DNA from: Eledone cirrhosa
Lineage: Eukaryota
NCBI GenBank assembly: GCA_964016885.1
Contig: OZ024758.1
Span: 3,596,001-3,660,000, forward strand
DNA: 64,000 bases
Direction: 5' to 3'
Positions 43,110-57,408 of the stretch are shown piece after piece. How positions within the stretch are numbered: the stretch's first letter is position 1; every line of letters starts with the position of its first letter. A program made the position numbers and the translations under genes. A model generated the notes under the pieces. The model was given only the letters and a program-made list of their open reading frames with translations, was not told the origin of the DNA and ran no database searches.

Positions 43110-44155
43110 ATGTACGTGTGTGTGTGTGTGTATATATATATGAAACGCAAATTTAAATTGTGAAAACCAAACCAATGCGTTAGGGAGAACATTAAATTGC
43201 CAAGATAACACAAGAATCTTACCTTAGCAAATTTGGTTTCAAAATTTAAATATTGTTGACTTTATGAATATATATATATATATATATATATTCGTATGTG
43301 GTGGACGGCTGAGGTTAAAGTTTATTGAATACAGAAGTAGAGTTTAAATATTCATTTTATTAAGGCTAAATAGTGAGTCGTTTTACTCTGGAGTTACGCA
43401 TGTTTATCACAAGGTCATTATTTTTCAGAAACTTGTAACCTAATAGGAAATTGGGTTTTGATGTGTGCAATTATATAGGAAATCTATGGATAACAAGAAC
43501 GATAGAAGCAAATTATTTGCTAAAATATTTGGAGTTAAGGCGTGTGAAAGAAAATATAAAGTTTCAAGACCACTGTGTCGAGTAGTAAATAGTAGTGGTA
43601 ATATTTCAGCATTAAATGTAAGAAGAAAGTCTTAAGGAAGGAAATATCTACCTAAATTATTACATGTTGTTAACATTTTCGACTTCATTTTGTCTAATTT
43701 GGCCATGTCGTTCTTTGACCTTTCAGTTTTTCTGAAATATCAAATCTAATGTTTCCGGTTATAATTTCTTAAAAATATAAAGAAAGCAAAAGAAGAAAAA
43801 TGTTTGTATGTTTCAAGAAATATAGAAAATGATATGAGAGAACGGAAATGGTAGTCTTAGTGGCGGTTTCGTTTCAAGGATGGATCAAATTTACTGACAA
43901 TAGATTGTTTATATTGAAAACATCCATTTCATAACTTGGCATTTCTTATCTCATAAAATCACATATCATTTTCATAGTCAAAATACAATATTTCCTATTG
44001 GTAAAATGTGTAGACGAATTCTCAAAACACTAAAGTAGATATCACTGAAACATAGCAACAGAAAATAAACGAACTCTTTCCATTGGTTTCTAATGGTAAT
44101 ACAATCTGGCGTTTGCGGCTTCAGAATGTATATATGTGTGTGTGTGTGTGTGTGT

Positions 44156-44390
44156 GTAAAAGGTAAACATAAATAACAACACAATCGGTACAGTATATGG
44201 AAGGGATATATTAGGTTAATGCTTGATATAGCAGGAAGATGGTCTTAACGTTTCGGACGCTAGTCCTTCACCAGCAGAAAGAATGATAAATGAGATAGAT
44301 TGAGGGGACGGGCGGGGTGGAATTGGAAAATGTGTCTTTAGATAAAAATAACAGGTCCATATGTTGACATATCTTGCAAAACTATTGGTG
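44156..44390 (-). mobile_element. Family-D element with hammerhead at 44243-44278
   Basis: Minus strand CUGGUGA-A-GGAC(UAGC)GUCC-GAAACGUU-AAGA; homologous to 12467-12691. Confidence 0.8.
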
Positions 44391-44406
44391 ATATATATAT
44401 ATATAT

Positions 44407-44465
<59 letters not shown>

Positions 44466-46872
44466 AAGACGGAAAAAAGAATGAGAGAAAAGACACAAAT
44501 TGTTAGAGGGTGAAAGAAGTGGGAGAGTGTGGAAGACTTTAGTGTAAGAATCAGATTGTAAGATATGAAGTATTGGACAAGAATCACATGAAATTTAGAG
44601 GAAAACATATTTTTTTAAATTGTGATTTATTTAGTAGAATACATATGAGGTATTATTACATATAATTCTATTAGTAGTTTATGCAAGAAAATTAGCAGAG
44701 AACCTACATTAAATCTAGAGGATATTCGGTCAGAAAACAAAATGTACGAGGCGCCCAAATGTACTCATAGTAATAACAGGAAGAAACTCAGCTGAGAAAG
44801 AATGAAGAGTTCATAAGCGTACATTTGATTCCTAGTATGTTTTATGAGTTTACATGTTTATGCTTAAATTACAATGTTGTACATGTAAAGTGGCTTGACT
44901 TAGACAGGATTGAACATGCTATTTTTCAAGAGTCTCTAAGGACAGCTGACGATATATCAAGTAGTGTAAAGAACCTGTTTATTTACTTCAAAGGTTCTGG
45001 GAGGTCATACGTCTTACCGTTTCCTGTACCAATCTGTGTTATTCTTCGACTATATTTTTGCACTGACTTCCTCCAATTTTATGTTGTTTCTTCCTTTCTA
45101 TTTTGGTTCCCTCTCTTCTTCCCTTCCTCTCGTGGCTTGATCCTTCTTTTTTCTTCTTCTTTTCCTTTTCTAATGTCTTCCTTTTCTGTTACCTTTAGTA
45201 GAATGTTTTGTTTTTATTAGATGCTGCGCAATTATTTTTATATAATGCCACTGGTTTTACTCTCTCTCTCTCTCTCTCTCTCTAAAATATCTCAGTTTAT
45301 CACCATGTCTCATCCAAAGCGATGAAATACCAATGAAGGCTGGAAGATCACTGATGAAGGACTAATTTTATTCATATGTAACCCATTTGCAACTATGCAG
45401 CACGCCATTTTTTCATATATTTATATATATATATATATATATACACGTACACAAAACACATATATATATGTGTGTGTGTGTATCATCGAGGAGACAGGGT
45501 GATAAACTCAGATAGTTTTAGAGACATAGCTTATATATATATATATATATAATATATACATATATAAAATCTGATTAGTTTGTTCGTTGTTTTGTTATTG
45601 TATGGATGGGTTTTGCCTGCCGCAATTTTCAATTTGTCAAGCTATCTAAACGTATGATATTACTCTAAGGACCTACCCTTATTGAGTGCTTTGCTAACTC
45701 ATTCCTAATGTAGGTCGACTTTGCTTGGCCGTGGCCAAAGCTTCGATTTTACTAAGCTTCCACTTTTAAATATATATATATATATAAAGAGGGAAATGTC
45801 AAGTTGTAGATGTTAGTGTCTTTTATCAATTGAGACATTATACATATACGATAGATTTCTGTGTGTCTGAGTACAAGCCCCCAACGCTTGCAAAACAATT
45901 CATCCATACCTGTTTACTTTTGTTAACTTCCTTTAATATGTTGAAGATTGTAACAAATGGTACACTTGGCAATATTCCTTTAGATAAAGTACATTTCTAA
46001 TAGATTACAAGGGACCATATGTAGAAAATAATATAATGGTTTTATCATTAGATATTTAAAATACTATTCACTTGGCACCTGCTGCGTGTGATCTCTGTAG
46101 CCCTTGCTTTAAGAAGTAACAAAATCTCGTTACAAATTGTTATCTGCATTTATCAGCAATCTGTGTCGACTTTGTCAGTGGTTGGTACCGATCCATGGCC
46201 ATTAGTTCAGAACCATATGGATATATTTGAAATCTTTTAAATTAGGTTCCTTGCGGCCTAATTGTTCAAAGCAGTATGAGGAATTATCAATATCAAAGCT
46301 AATGGTAAAAATAAAGATCTGAATTACTTAAAGATAATGGATGAAGACGTTGAACATTTGGTATGGAGATGTGCCATCATTTTCAAAGGATGGACAGTAC
46401 TTAGTTAGTAATTAATTGAGTCACAATTAACTTCAGGGTGGTTTTTTATTCTGCTACTGTTACTAATGCTGTTGGTGAGGGGTCATGAATAGGAAATGTT
46501 ATTACAATTACTAGTGTTGTTTTGCTGACTATAGATTTTCAATTCTTGTGCTTACTAATTAACTGGAAACATCTGCAATGGAGAAGACAAGAAGACAGAA
46601 GATAAGATTAAAAAGGAAAAACAACATTTACCTAAATACTGAGTAGAAAGACAACAGCAACGATACCAGCCATGTGATGACTTGGAGGTCAGGTCATATT
46701 TCCTCCGACGTAACACGTTACTATATCTAACAAACTTTAAAAGAAGAGTCATGAATACACGTTCAAATTCGTAGATTAAAATGAAACATCTGCCAGGGGA
46801 TAAAACATAAAAATAGAGAAATGATTTCTAGGAAAGAAGAATGATAATGTCATTAATCATTATCATTTTCAT

Positions 46873-47033
46873 GGGTCAAATCCCGCCGACTTTAACTCTG
46901 CCTTTCATCCTGACGGGGTCGATAGAATAAAGTACCAGTAATGCTCTGAGAAAATTGCTGGCCTTGTGACAGAGAGGCAACTCTATGCTTCAAAGCATGG
47001 CATCCGACCCTCTACCGATACTGCCAATCCACC
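46873..47033. mobile_element. Rearranged SINE-A: 3' half on + strand followed by 5' head on - strand
   Basis: 46873-46970 matches consensus body; 46978-47033 is the reverse complement of the A-box head. Confidence 0.8.
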
Positions 47034-48453
47034 AATGGTTACAAACTTTAGGTGTAGTTAATTTTCAGCTACACCGAGAGGATTCAAACATGCTCTGTAA
47101 GACTTATTCATATGTTTTATTTACCCTTGGGATACACTTCGAAAGCTTCACGATTTTGCTTGTCGTGCTAATAATCTTCAGTCCAGTTTATTTTCTCTCA
47201 AACACATTTAGCGTAATAAAGTAAAATAGTCACCAGTAATTCTGTTCAAGTGAGAGTTAACGAAGAGTTGGTCTCATATTTTAAATGACTTAGATTCAGA
47301 TTATTTAGCGTCCGGGGAACAGGATGAAATTTTATTTTATCCAATATTTATTTTATTTGGCTAGTCATAATTGAAGAACAAAAATCTAGATAATGTTAAT
47401 ATCTGGATGATTTCGCTTCTAGAAGGCTTCCAGCATGAAAGATTACTGCAGCTAATAATTTGTCTCTTAGTTCAAATGTATATATTGTACGAAAAAAATG
47501 ACATAAATAATCAACTGTCACAGCCACAATATTCTGTCTTTCTTGTCTTTACTGACAACTGATATTAAATTAGCAGAAAATAGTTATTGTTTAAAATAAA
47601 GTCAGACGGAGAAAAAATAACGAAATGCTGAGCATTCATAAATTATGAAGACGTTTTTTTTTTTTTTTTTCCTAAATGTTTTTTCTATCTTCACGTTTTT
47701 ATTTTCAATCTTAAGTTTCTTATTTTTTGGTTTAGTATAACCTACGGCATGATAGTGTGTACTGATGTTTCTGGTTCACAAGCGAAAGTAAAGGACATCA
47801 ATATACCAGCCTAGAGCTAAATGAATTAAATGATGAAAGCACTAAGATACATATACAATGATACACAACTATATATATATATATATATATGGTTGAGTAT
47901 ATGTGTGCGTGTATCATATATAAATATATGTATATATATGTGTGTATGTGTGTGTGTGTGTGTGTGTGTGTATACATACTTATACAGTACATGCGAGTGC
48001 CTTTGAGCGTGATGCTGTGTGTATTATTTCTGCGTGTGTGTATGTGAGTCTGTGTGTGTGTGTGTGACTTTTTGCCTACATGCGTGTGTTTATGAATATT
48101 CGTTGCTGTATATTACGATGCTGTGTATTTTCTTGCTTTGAATTCTCTAGAATGTGTGCACAGAGATCACAGTTGGCATTAATGTCAAAATGCCGCAATT
48201 AAAGAGAAGGAGAGCTATTAAATTAGTATACATTGTATATTATATACATAAAACTTTGATACTAAACACATTCAGATAGACACCTGCATGTGATTCTGCA
48301 TGGATCTGTATGAGTTGTTATTGATAAGTACTCTTACGTATATATAAAGTGTTCATATGATCACATCAATATAAGTATGCGTATGTGTGTATAATTATAC
48401 AATCATTGCGGTTGCATTTATGAGTTAATATTTAGAGTATATGAATACACACG

Positions 48454-48497
<44 letters not shown>

Positions 48498-48565
48498 TAC
48501 ATACATACATACATACATACATACATACATACATACATACATACATACATACATACATACATACA

Positions 48566-48598
<33 letters not shown>

Positions 48599-48676
48599 TG
48601 CTTGCAAGAATCTTACAACAACATTACTATTATATAGACATGGATATATATACTTTGACAAAGCTCGTTGGGAAAG

Positions 48677-48707
<31 letters not shown>

Positions 48708-48845
48708 CCACTATTATAATACCCGTCAAAATTGGTGATTATAATAAAAAAAATATACTTAAACCGAATAATTATCTAAATGGCTTTATTACTTCATGTA
48801 TATAGCCACACCTGCCATCACCTCATTTCATTATTTTAATCAGGA

Positions 48846-49023
48846 CGGTGTATCGGTAGAGGGTCGGACGCCATGCTTTGACGCATAGAGTTACGGCCCT
48901 TGCCATTCTGTGTTCAAATCCTGCCGAGGTTAACTTTGCCTTTCATTATTATGGGGTCGATATATAAAGTACTAGTAATACACTGGGTAATTGCTGGCCT
49001 TGTGCCAAAAGTAGAAACAATTA
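48846..49023 (+). mobile_element. SINE-A
   Basis: Family consensus. Confidence 0.88.
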
Positions 49024-49207
49024 TTTTAATCAATTTCCTTTAATAAAAATATATATCCACTGAAATACGATGGTCTACGGAGATAGATATCTCATTAGAT
49101 ATGTCTATCTATCTATCTAAAATTAAATACAATATTAGAATTTGATTTTTCGCTCTCGATTAACGGATTATAAAAATGTATTTATGAGTTTTATATTGAA
49201 TAATAAT

Positions 49208-49561
49208 AATTGTTTCTACTTTAGGCGCAAGACCAGCAATTACCCAGTGCATTACTGGTACTTTATTTTATCGACCCCGTAAGGAGGAAAGGCAAAGTCA
49301 ACCTCGGCGGGATTTGAACTCGGATCATAAAGGGACGTAACTATGCTGGAAAGCATGGCGTCCGATCCTCTACAATTACTGCCCTTAAATAAAAATAATT
49401 ATTATATTAAATTAATAATAATAATAATAATAATGGCTTCTTATTTAGGCACAAGGCCAGCAATTAATCCAGTGCATCACTGGTGCTTTATTTTATAGAC
49501 CCCCGTAAGGATGAAAAGCAAAGTTAACTTCGGCGAGATTTGAACTCGGAACATAAAGGCC
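49208..49561 (-). mobile_element. Two SINE-A copies (49208-49383, 49434-49561)
   Basis: Family consensus on minus strand. Confidence 0.88.
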
Positions 49562-50287
49562 AAACCACTAATGATATATATATATATATGTAGAGAGAGA
49601 GAGAGAGAGAGGTACACTTATGGGATCCTTTATGTCATATCGTGCACCGTACATTGTATAATAAGCATATATACTCATTATCTACATTCTATTAAGCTAA
49701 GATCGTAAAATCTAAATACAATATATTTTATAGTTTAGCTCGCATGGAATCATGCAATCATCCCTGTAGATTATAATGTATTGAAAACGGCTTGTGGATA
49801 GTAAGTGTACATATCACGCAATAGCAATGCTGAACTTGATATTGTAAAGGTCAATATGATAAATATAAACATATATTTAAATATTACATACTGTGAGATA
49901 TATATATATATTAGTGCAGTCTTCCATCATAGGATATCCAACAGTTTATTGGATAAATCTGATATCTATCTTTTAACACCCCGTGATACCCATTTTGTCC
50001 TTTTATCCTACAAACATAACTACTTATCTTCGTTTGGTAAATGTACTAATCCATATATATACGTACCAACCACTCAACATGAGAGATTTTGCATGGTTTT
50101 TAGCCTGCTAGAAAGTGCAGCTAATTCTCTATAGAATGCCACCTTACTGCCTTCAGAAATAAAAGTACACATTAGTAAACGTATATATATGTTTTACCAG
50201 AGAGAATTCTAAATATGTAAATTGTCACGTCTGCTTTTTCTTTGATCATATACATTTTAAATAAAGACCGAACTGGGACAAAACAAA

Positions 50288-50420
50288 TCAACAACAACAA
50301 CAACAACAATAACAGCAGCAACAACAACAACCACAATAACAACAATAACAACAACCGCATCAACAACAACAACAGCAACAATAACCAAAATAACTACAAC
50401 AACAACGAAAATAACCACCA
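50288..50420. repeat. (AAC)n microsatellite
   Basis: Direct reading. Confidence 0.9.
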
Positions 50421-51430
50421 CAAATCAAGAACAGAAAGTATAATAAAAACCTACCAATGTAATACGCTGATTTCTCACTTTCCTGTTATTCTCCTAAGTA
50501 TAGTTAATGTTGTCTTAGATAGTTTTTGATAAAGTTCTTTCTTTCTTTCCTTCATTGTTTCTTTCTTCTTCGTATTTGTTTATTTATTTATCTATTTATT
50601 TATTGCATTTTACAGAATTTTATCATTGCATCGCACGTACTTCGTCACGAACGTTCCATCAAAAGCGGTTATCGATAAACTTATGACTCCTTATCTGTGC
50701 ATAGTTTTCTCGAACCAAATGGCTACTTACTTCAGTTTAACTATCTTTCTATCCTCCCACTCTGTTCTCTCCCTCTGCCATTTTCTCTCTATATTCATAT
50801 ATTTATTTATCTCTTTCTGAAATTATTCAAAGCTTCCCCTTGTCAGAATTAATTATTACAGGTTATTTCAATTTCCTTTAACTTTCCTTCAGTCTCTGGC
50901 GTTTCTCCACAGCAAACCAGATAGGTTTATTAGTCTTTAGATTCTTATAACATATACATTATTCTCATAATTCATAAAGACCGCCGCCATATTACGTAAC
51001 ATTCTCAATCTCTCCATACCTCATTCAATATGTTTCATGTAATAACTTCCCATTTACCTCTACCCAGAGACACACATGATAAAAATACCTTAGCTCACGT
51101 AATATATAATTTTTCATGGCGCCTAATTGGTGAAACTTTTGTTATATCACTACTAAATACTTTGCTGACAGACATAATTTAAAGAGGCATTTTGTATCAG
51201 TATTGAGAATGTTGCAACATGACATCTACATTACACTTATATTTAAGCTTTTAAGTCGTTTATAGGAGATATTTTTACATTCTCTTCTATTACTACAGAT
51301 ATATGCTTTTGCTAATGACATAGCATTCTATATAACTGTGTACAAAATAGCACAGTGATGTCCAATGAGACTTAGCTAAATACTGCCGTAGTAGATCTGT
51401 TGAAATACATATATACATATATATTTATTT

Positions 51431-51607
51431 AACGAAGGAAGTGTGGTAAGGAATCAGGTGGACCATAACGCACCGGAGTACTCGATACTTTAGGTAGTAG
51501 AGTGTATATAGGGAGAGGGTCATAACTACGACGGCAGAGTTCAAGCCGTTTCGATAGCTGTCGAAACGGCTTGAGCTCAGCAGTCGGAGTTCTGACTCTT
51601 TTCCTAT
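51431..51607 (-). mobile_element. Family-B PLE-like end with inverted arm
   Basis: Tail on minus strand; inversion centre TTTCGATAGCTGTCGAAA; short arm ends TTCCTATA. Confidence 0.8.
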
Positions 51608-51907
51608 ATATTTATTTATATATTCTTCTATATAATATCAAACCTTTAATACTTATTTTAAATATGTTCAATAAAAAATACAACAGATTATTCTTTCTCA
51701 CTTGACTTGTGAGAACTCAATCTTCAAATGAATAAAACACTTAGGTTTTCAGAGTTTTATCAGAGAGACATTTATTTAACTCAGATCAATATATCAAGGA
51801 TGTATTAGAGTGAGAGTTTTGTAGCTCAATTAAAAGAGCCTGAAAAAGAAAAAGTCTCAAAACATCTTCAGTGTACCTCGGGAATATGTTTCATTATTTT
51901 CCCGAAT

Positions 51908-52095
51908 GGCGGTGCATTGGCAGTATCGGAAGAGGGTCGGATGCCATGCTTTCGAGGAGAGAGTTACGTCCCTTTATGGTTTGAGTTCAAATCCCGCCGA
52001 GGTTAACTTTGCCTTTCATCCTTGCGGGGTCGATAAAATAAAGCACCAATTATGCTCTGGGGTAATTGCTGCCTTGTGCCAAAAGTAGAAACAAT
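51908..52095 (+). mobile_element. SINE-A full copy
   Basis: Family consensus. Confidence 0.9.
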
Positions 52096-52843
52096 TTTCT
52101 CGATTGTGCAACAAGGTCATTCCTTCTATACAGTATTGTCATGTTCTACGGGACTTCACGATTGCAGAGTATTGTGGAAAAGCCAACAACGTCGTCACTC
52201 AATTTTTTTGAGACTATCATATTAATTACCCTCATAATTAAAGCTAACTCTAATTAGCGAAGGAAACTCTATATATTGTAGTCTTACACATGGCTGAAGT
52301 AATGGAACGGTCTTGTAAGGAATCCCTATGAGGAAACACTTTTCATTTATTCCAAGCTAGAATTCAGTAATAACATCACAATGAACATATTAAACGCCAG
52401 GGGACGGAAACACGCCAAGTTCAGTGGAATGCAAATTTTATTTAATCAATAAATTAATTATCTAATGACAACAAGACAATATGCATTATGGCCTCAGCTA
52501 ACAGCTGTTGAATTATTGGTAATATATTTTCCAACCGAGGTGAGAGTGTCAACGGGCGTCGTGTCTAGAGACAGTTTCAGTTTTGTAAAGTCGATGATGT
52601 TCATGTTCACCCGACTTTACACACATTGACGAATTCAAGTAGAATGTAGGCGCATTTTTAATATATATTTAGGGACATGTAGTCTTAAGCTTTTGTATGG
52701 GTACAGTGTTTCATGAAAGATTTTTCAGGAAATCGCCAATACTGTAATTTAGGTTTGACTGTCAACGTTAACTGAAAATGTATTCTAACTAAAATTGAAA
52801 TTGCCGGGACACTGCGTACAGTATCCTCAAAAATAGACAGACA

Positions 52844-52875
<32 letters not shown>

Positions 52876-52876
<1 letters not shown>

Positions 52877-53106
52877 ACGAAGGAAATGTGGTAAGGAACC
52901 AGATGGACCATAACGCACCAAAGTACTCAATACTTAGGGTAGTAGAGTGGGTAATAGGAACGAGTAGGACCCCGACGGCTGAGTACAAGCCGTTTCGACG
53001 GCTGAGCTCAAGCAGTTTTGACGGCTAATTCTGGACTAACATTTTAGTCCAGAATTAGCTGTCGAAACGGCTTGAGCTCAGCCGTCGGGATCCTACTCTT
53101 TCCTAT
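52876..53106 (-). mobile_element. Family-B PLE-like end with inverted arm
   Basis: Inversion centre CTAATTCTGGACTAA-CATT-TTAGTCCAGAATTAG; TA-flanked. Confidence 0.85.
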
Positions 53107-53107
53107 A

Positions 53108-53156
<49 letters not shown>

Positions 53157-53764
53157 GTCCGGGTAAATATTCAATTATTTTGTTTGACCTGTTTGGCTTA
53201 GGTGGTTGATGGCTTCTTGACCGCCATCTCAGTTTGTTTGGCCTTTATAACCTATGTTTATTGCTCTTGTCTTTATTTGGTCCATGGTGCGCTTGCCAGC
53301 GTAACTCGGATATTGCGTTTCGCTTTGTTTTCGACCACAGCTGAAATTCGATCTCGCTGAAATTAAGCACTATGTGTGAGTAATATTAGACCGTAGGTTT
53401 ACAAAGTAGACCATAATTAATCAGTTTTAAAAATTCTTATTAAATTGATTAATGAGGCACACGTTAATATCGTTTCCCGATCGCTATTAAAAAAGTCTAA
53501 AATAATTTTGTGAAGGAAGAATAGAGAAAACGCCTAAGTATTTCGGAATTGCTTATACGTCAAATATAGATCGTGAAGGTTTCAAATGCATAAGGAATCC
53601 GTAGGCGTTTGGACACTCCGGAAACATGAAGCATGTCACTTACTTTACAAACTTCAACACAACAATTTGATCATGAAATGATATGTGCCAGGACAAAATT
53701 GCTGACGTTGTCATTATATTTCTAAATTAATTCATAAAAATACATAAACTAAAAGAAAAAAGTG

Positions 53765-54534
53765 AGTAGATTGGTAGTATCGGTAGAAGGGCGGACGTCA
53801 TGCTTTGCAGCATAGAGTTACGCCTCTTTACGGTCTGAGGTCAAATCCTGCCGAGGTTAACTTTGCCTTTCATCCTTACAGGGTCGATAAAATAAAGTAC
53901 CAGTAATGTACTGGGATAATTGCCAAAAGTAGAAACAATTATTAGTATCCTCCCACCCCTACTGAGGAACTTTTATTGTTACCTTTTTTATTACATCATC
54001 ATCATCATCATTTTACGTCCAAACATTATTATCATTATTATTGTTCCTTTCATGTCGGCCTTGTGGCCAATAAATGAAATCATTAGCGGACTGACAACTT
54101 GCTTCGCAGCATAGAGTTACGGGCCTTTACATTCTGAGTTCAAATCCCGCAGAGATCAGTTATGCTTTTCATCCTTACGGTGTCCATAAAATAAAGCACC
54201 AGTAATACACTGGGGTTGATTTAATCGACTCCCCCTCTCCCCACTTCAAAATGTTGGCCCTGTGCCTAAAATAGAAACAAATCGCTAAAATAAAGTACCA
54301 GTAATGCACTGGGATAATTGCTGGGCTTGTGCCAAAAGTAGAAACAATTGGTGGATTGGCAATATTGGTAGAGGGGTGGACGCCATGCTTTGCAGCATAG
54401 TTTTACGGCCTTTTACTGTGTGAGTTCAAATCCCGCCGAGGTAAACTTTGCCTTTCATCCTTACGTGGTCGATAAAATAAAGTACTAGTAATTCACTGGG
54501 ATAATTGCTGGCCTTGTGCCAAAGTAGAAACAAT
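53765..54534 (+). mobile_element. Cluster of three SINE-A copies plus an extra tail (53765-53942, 54098-54280, 54286-54348, 54349-54534)
   Basis: Family consensus, same orientation. Confidence 0.88.
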
Positions 54535-55027
54535 TAATATTTTTAATATATTTCAAAGTGCTGCTGATATTTGTTAAATGGGAAGGAGAATATAATTTCA
54601 ATACATTTCATGAAATATTTATATATTTTTTTTATTTTAATTCTAATATGTACACTTTAGAATTGTTTTTTAATTCATCATTCTTAAAGGAAATCCTTTG
54701 TATTTAAAGTTTATTGTGTCGGAAAACTGACGTCCTCATTCCTATTTTGAAATGGAAGGAAAAAATAATAAAAGAAAACGGATTTGGGAGGAGAAATCTG
54801 ACAGTAGAACATTTGTCCGTTCTCTTTCCTCGTCGTGGAATTCTGTGAGACATTTTCATCAGATATACTTGCACAGCTTCTGTTTACTGCCGTTACTTTA
54901 GTTGGCATTTCACAGAAATGGACCGACTGTTTCTATTGTTAGTGAAATGTATAATACTAATAAGGGAGATGAAGGAAAAGCGAGAGCGAGAGGAAGAAGT
55001 AGAAAATGAAGAAATGGAAGACAAAGA

Positions 55028-55140
55028 CGAAGAAGAAGAAGAAGAAGAAGAAGAAGAATAGCGAAGAAGAAGAAGAAGAATAGCGAAGAAGAAGAATAGC
55101 GAAAAAGAAGAATAGCGAAGAAGAAGAATAGCGAAGAAGG
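55028..55140. repeat. (GAA)n-TAGC compound repeat
   Basis: Direct reading. Confidence 0.9.
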
Positions 55141-55440
55141 AGAAAATCCGAATTAAGCTATACAATACTGTGGAGATATTAAGAGAGTTAATTGTAATAA
55201 ATTTCATTGTTATTCATGTAATTATTTCGATAAATGACTGTGTATCAATATATGAGAGAAAATGTAAATGTTGTGTGTGTGTGTGTGGATGTGCCTCTGT
55301 GTGATTTCCTCGTTTTTGTATGAAAGCTTAGTGCCCATTGTTTGTTTTATGTTTAGCTATGTTTATGTATGTCTCTTCCTCAGACCTCTCATCTCTCTCA
55401 CTCTCTCTCTTTCTTTGCATATATATATATTAAATATATA

Positions 55441-55575
55441 TTGCAAGAGATATCGACATGAATCGAGCTGTTATTTTTATCTAAAGATATTCTTTCCAAT
55501 TCCAACGCGCCCGTCTACTTAATCTATTTTATTTCTCATTCTTTCTTCTGATGAAGGACTAGCGACCGAAACGTT
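55441..55575 (+). mobile_element. Family-D element truncated at the hammerhead cleavage site
   Basis: TCTT-CTGATGA-A-GGACTAGCGACC-GAAACGTT then ATATATA. Confidence 0.8.
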
Positions 55576-55731
55576 ATATATAGATTTAAGTTATCCATTT
55601 ACGTGTGTTGTATTGAAGCAAATAACTCTATATCTACCCTGGGATTTTTACATAATCTTACATATTGAGTATGCTGAGATGCAAACCGGTACGAGCAGTG
55701 AAACTTATGATAGTCCCGTCAACTTATTATT

Positions 55732-55763
<32 letters not shown>

Positions 55764-55785
55764 CATATGTGTATATATATATATA

Positions 55786-56014
55786 TATAGGAACATGTTC
55801 AAGACCCCGACGGCAGAGCTCAACCCGTTTCGACGACTATTTCTACGATCCTAAGTATTGAGTACTCTGGTGGGTTATGGTCCACCTGGTTCCTTACCAC
55901 ACTTCCTTCGTTATATATATATATATATATATATATTACCCACTCTACTATCCTAAGTATTGAGTACTCTGGTGCGTTATGGTCCATATGGTTCCTTACC
56001 ACAACTCCATCGTT
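55786..56014. mobile_element. Family-B inverted fragment plus two tandem tails
   Basis: TATAGGAA..GACCCCGACGGCAGAGCTCAA inverted arm; tails at ~55850-55912 and ~55935-56014. Confidence 0.75.
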
Positions 56015-57234
56015 ATATGTGTATATATATGTATGTGTGTGTGTGTGTGTGTGTGTTTGTGTGTATATGTGTGTGTATGTATCTACGTACGTATCATTCG
56101 GTTACGTTGGTTACTGAAATGAGAACATTTGTCAAAGATAGCCGCTACCTTAGTTCTTGTCTTTTAAACATTTAAAATGATTTGATCAACCGTTCCTACT
56201 GTTGTAATTTAAAATATCTTCATTCTCCCCCATTCTATACGTTCTTCGAATGAAGTGTTCTAAGCAGACATCGCAGTGTGCTTGTTTATTTTGACACTAA
56301 AGTCACTGGCTTTTCTCTTCCAAATTTCTAAAGATTATATGCTATGATGTACACCTGCAGGAAGCATAGATGCAGCCTATAATTCTTTATTGAATACCTA
56401 AAAATATATGCAGTAAATAAGTAGAATGCTAGGAAACTGCTGGATATAATGACAATGTTTTTCATTGTTAAAGAAAGGGGGTTTTTCATACTTGGTAGTT
56501 GAAAATTTACATCAATAGTCTCTCTATCGACGCTGCGCAGCATAATATGGTTCAAATATCTAGGGCATGACGGACATATATCATTCAAAAAATGTGTAAA
56601 TAATCATAGAGGAACCAAAGAATATTGAGTTAAACTATAGCTGTCAGAGTCTTTTACTTAATGCAATAAAATATCTTGCAATATTATGGAGTGCATAAAT
56701 ATTATCCTATTATTCAATATATCGTTAACATTTTTTGCTTATCTTCCACTCTGAAACGATCGTAAAACAATAGATTTATTAGATATTAAATATTGTCTTA
56801 TGTAATTCATGTTCCAACACTATAGACTATTTATATCGGTAGTTTTTCAATAGTCAACGACACAATGATTTGCTTTCAATTATGTGTTCATATTATCAGA
56901 TCATCAAGCTGAAATATATTTCTAGGTCCTACCTTAATTGGGTAGACTGTTATTGGACCTGTTTATATACACACACACTCACAAATACCTCAAGGTGATC
57001 ACAACTACACATATGATATTGAGGCACATGAGGACAACAGAGGAAAAATACTTACCACTTCAACCACAAACTGTTTGTTGTGTACTCCGGTTTCTATGTC
57101 AGTTACTTCCTGGTCCTTTAGTTACACCAACAGCTTAAAGATCTCTGTTTCCTAGGGAGTCAACAACACGTGATATAAATATACATACAGTAAGAATCCC
57201 TAAAAATTTTGAACAATATTTATATATATATAGT

Positions 57235-57408
57235 CGATCGACTTTCGTCAAATCGGACCGAGGAAACAATGTTTCCGTTGGTCGTTCCAATTGCTAATAC
57301 TTTCTATCGGTTGCAACTCCAGCTAGAAAGAGCAATGTGAAATAAAGTATCTGGCTCAAGGACATAACGCATCGCCCGGTCCAGGAATCACTCCGCCACG
57401 CGCCTTCA
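57235..57408 (-). mobile_element. SINE-C with internal deletion and alternative tail
   Basis: CACGCGCCTTC head end; tail shared with ~63255-63490. Confidence 0.65.

Noticed and set aside
45348-45375. CTGATGAAGGAC hammerhead-like start
   Set aside because: No stem II partner or GAAA downstream
45900-46560. Possible decayed reverse-transcriptase fragment on minus strand (ISFDIDN)
   Set aside because: Single short motif amid stops; cannot be supported without a search
50242-50529. Poly-Asn ORF (also hydrophobic ORF 24997-25182)
   Set aside because: Trinucleotide microsatellite translations
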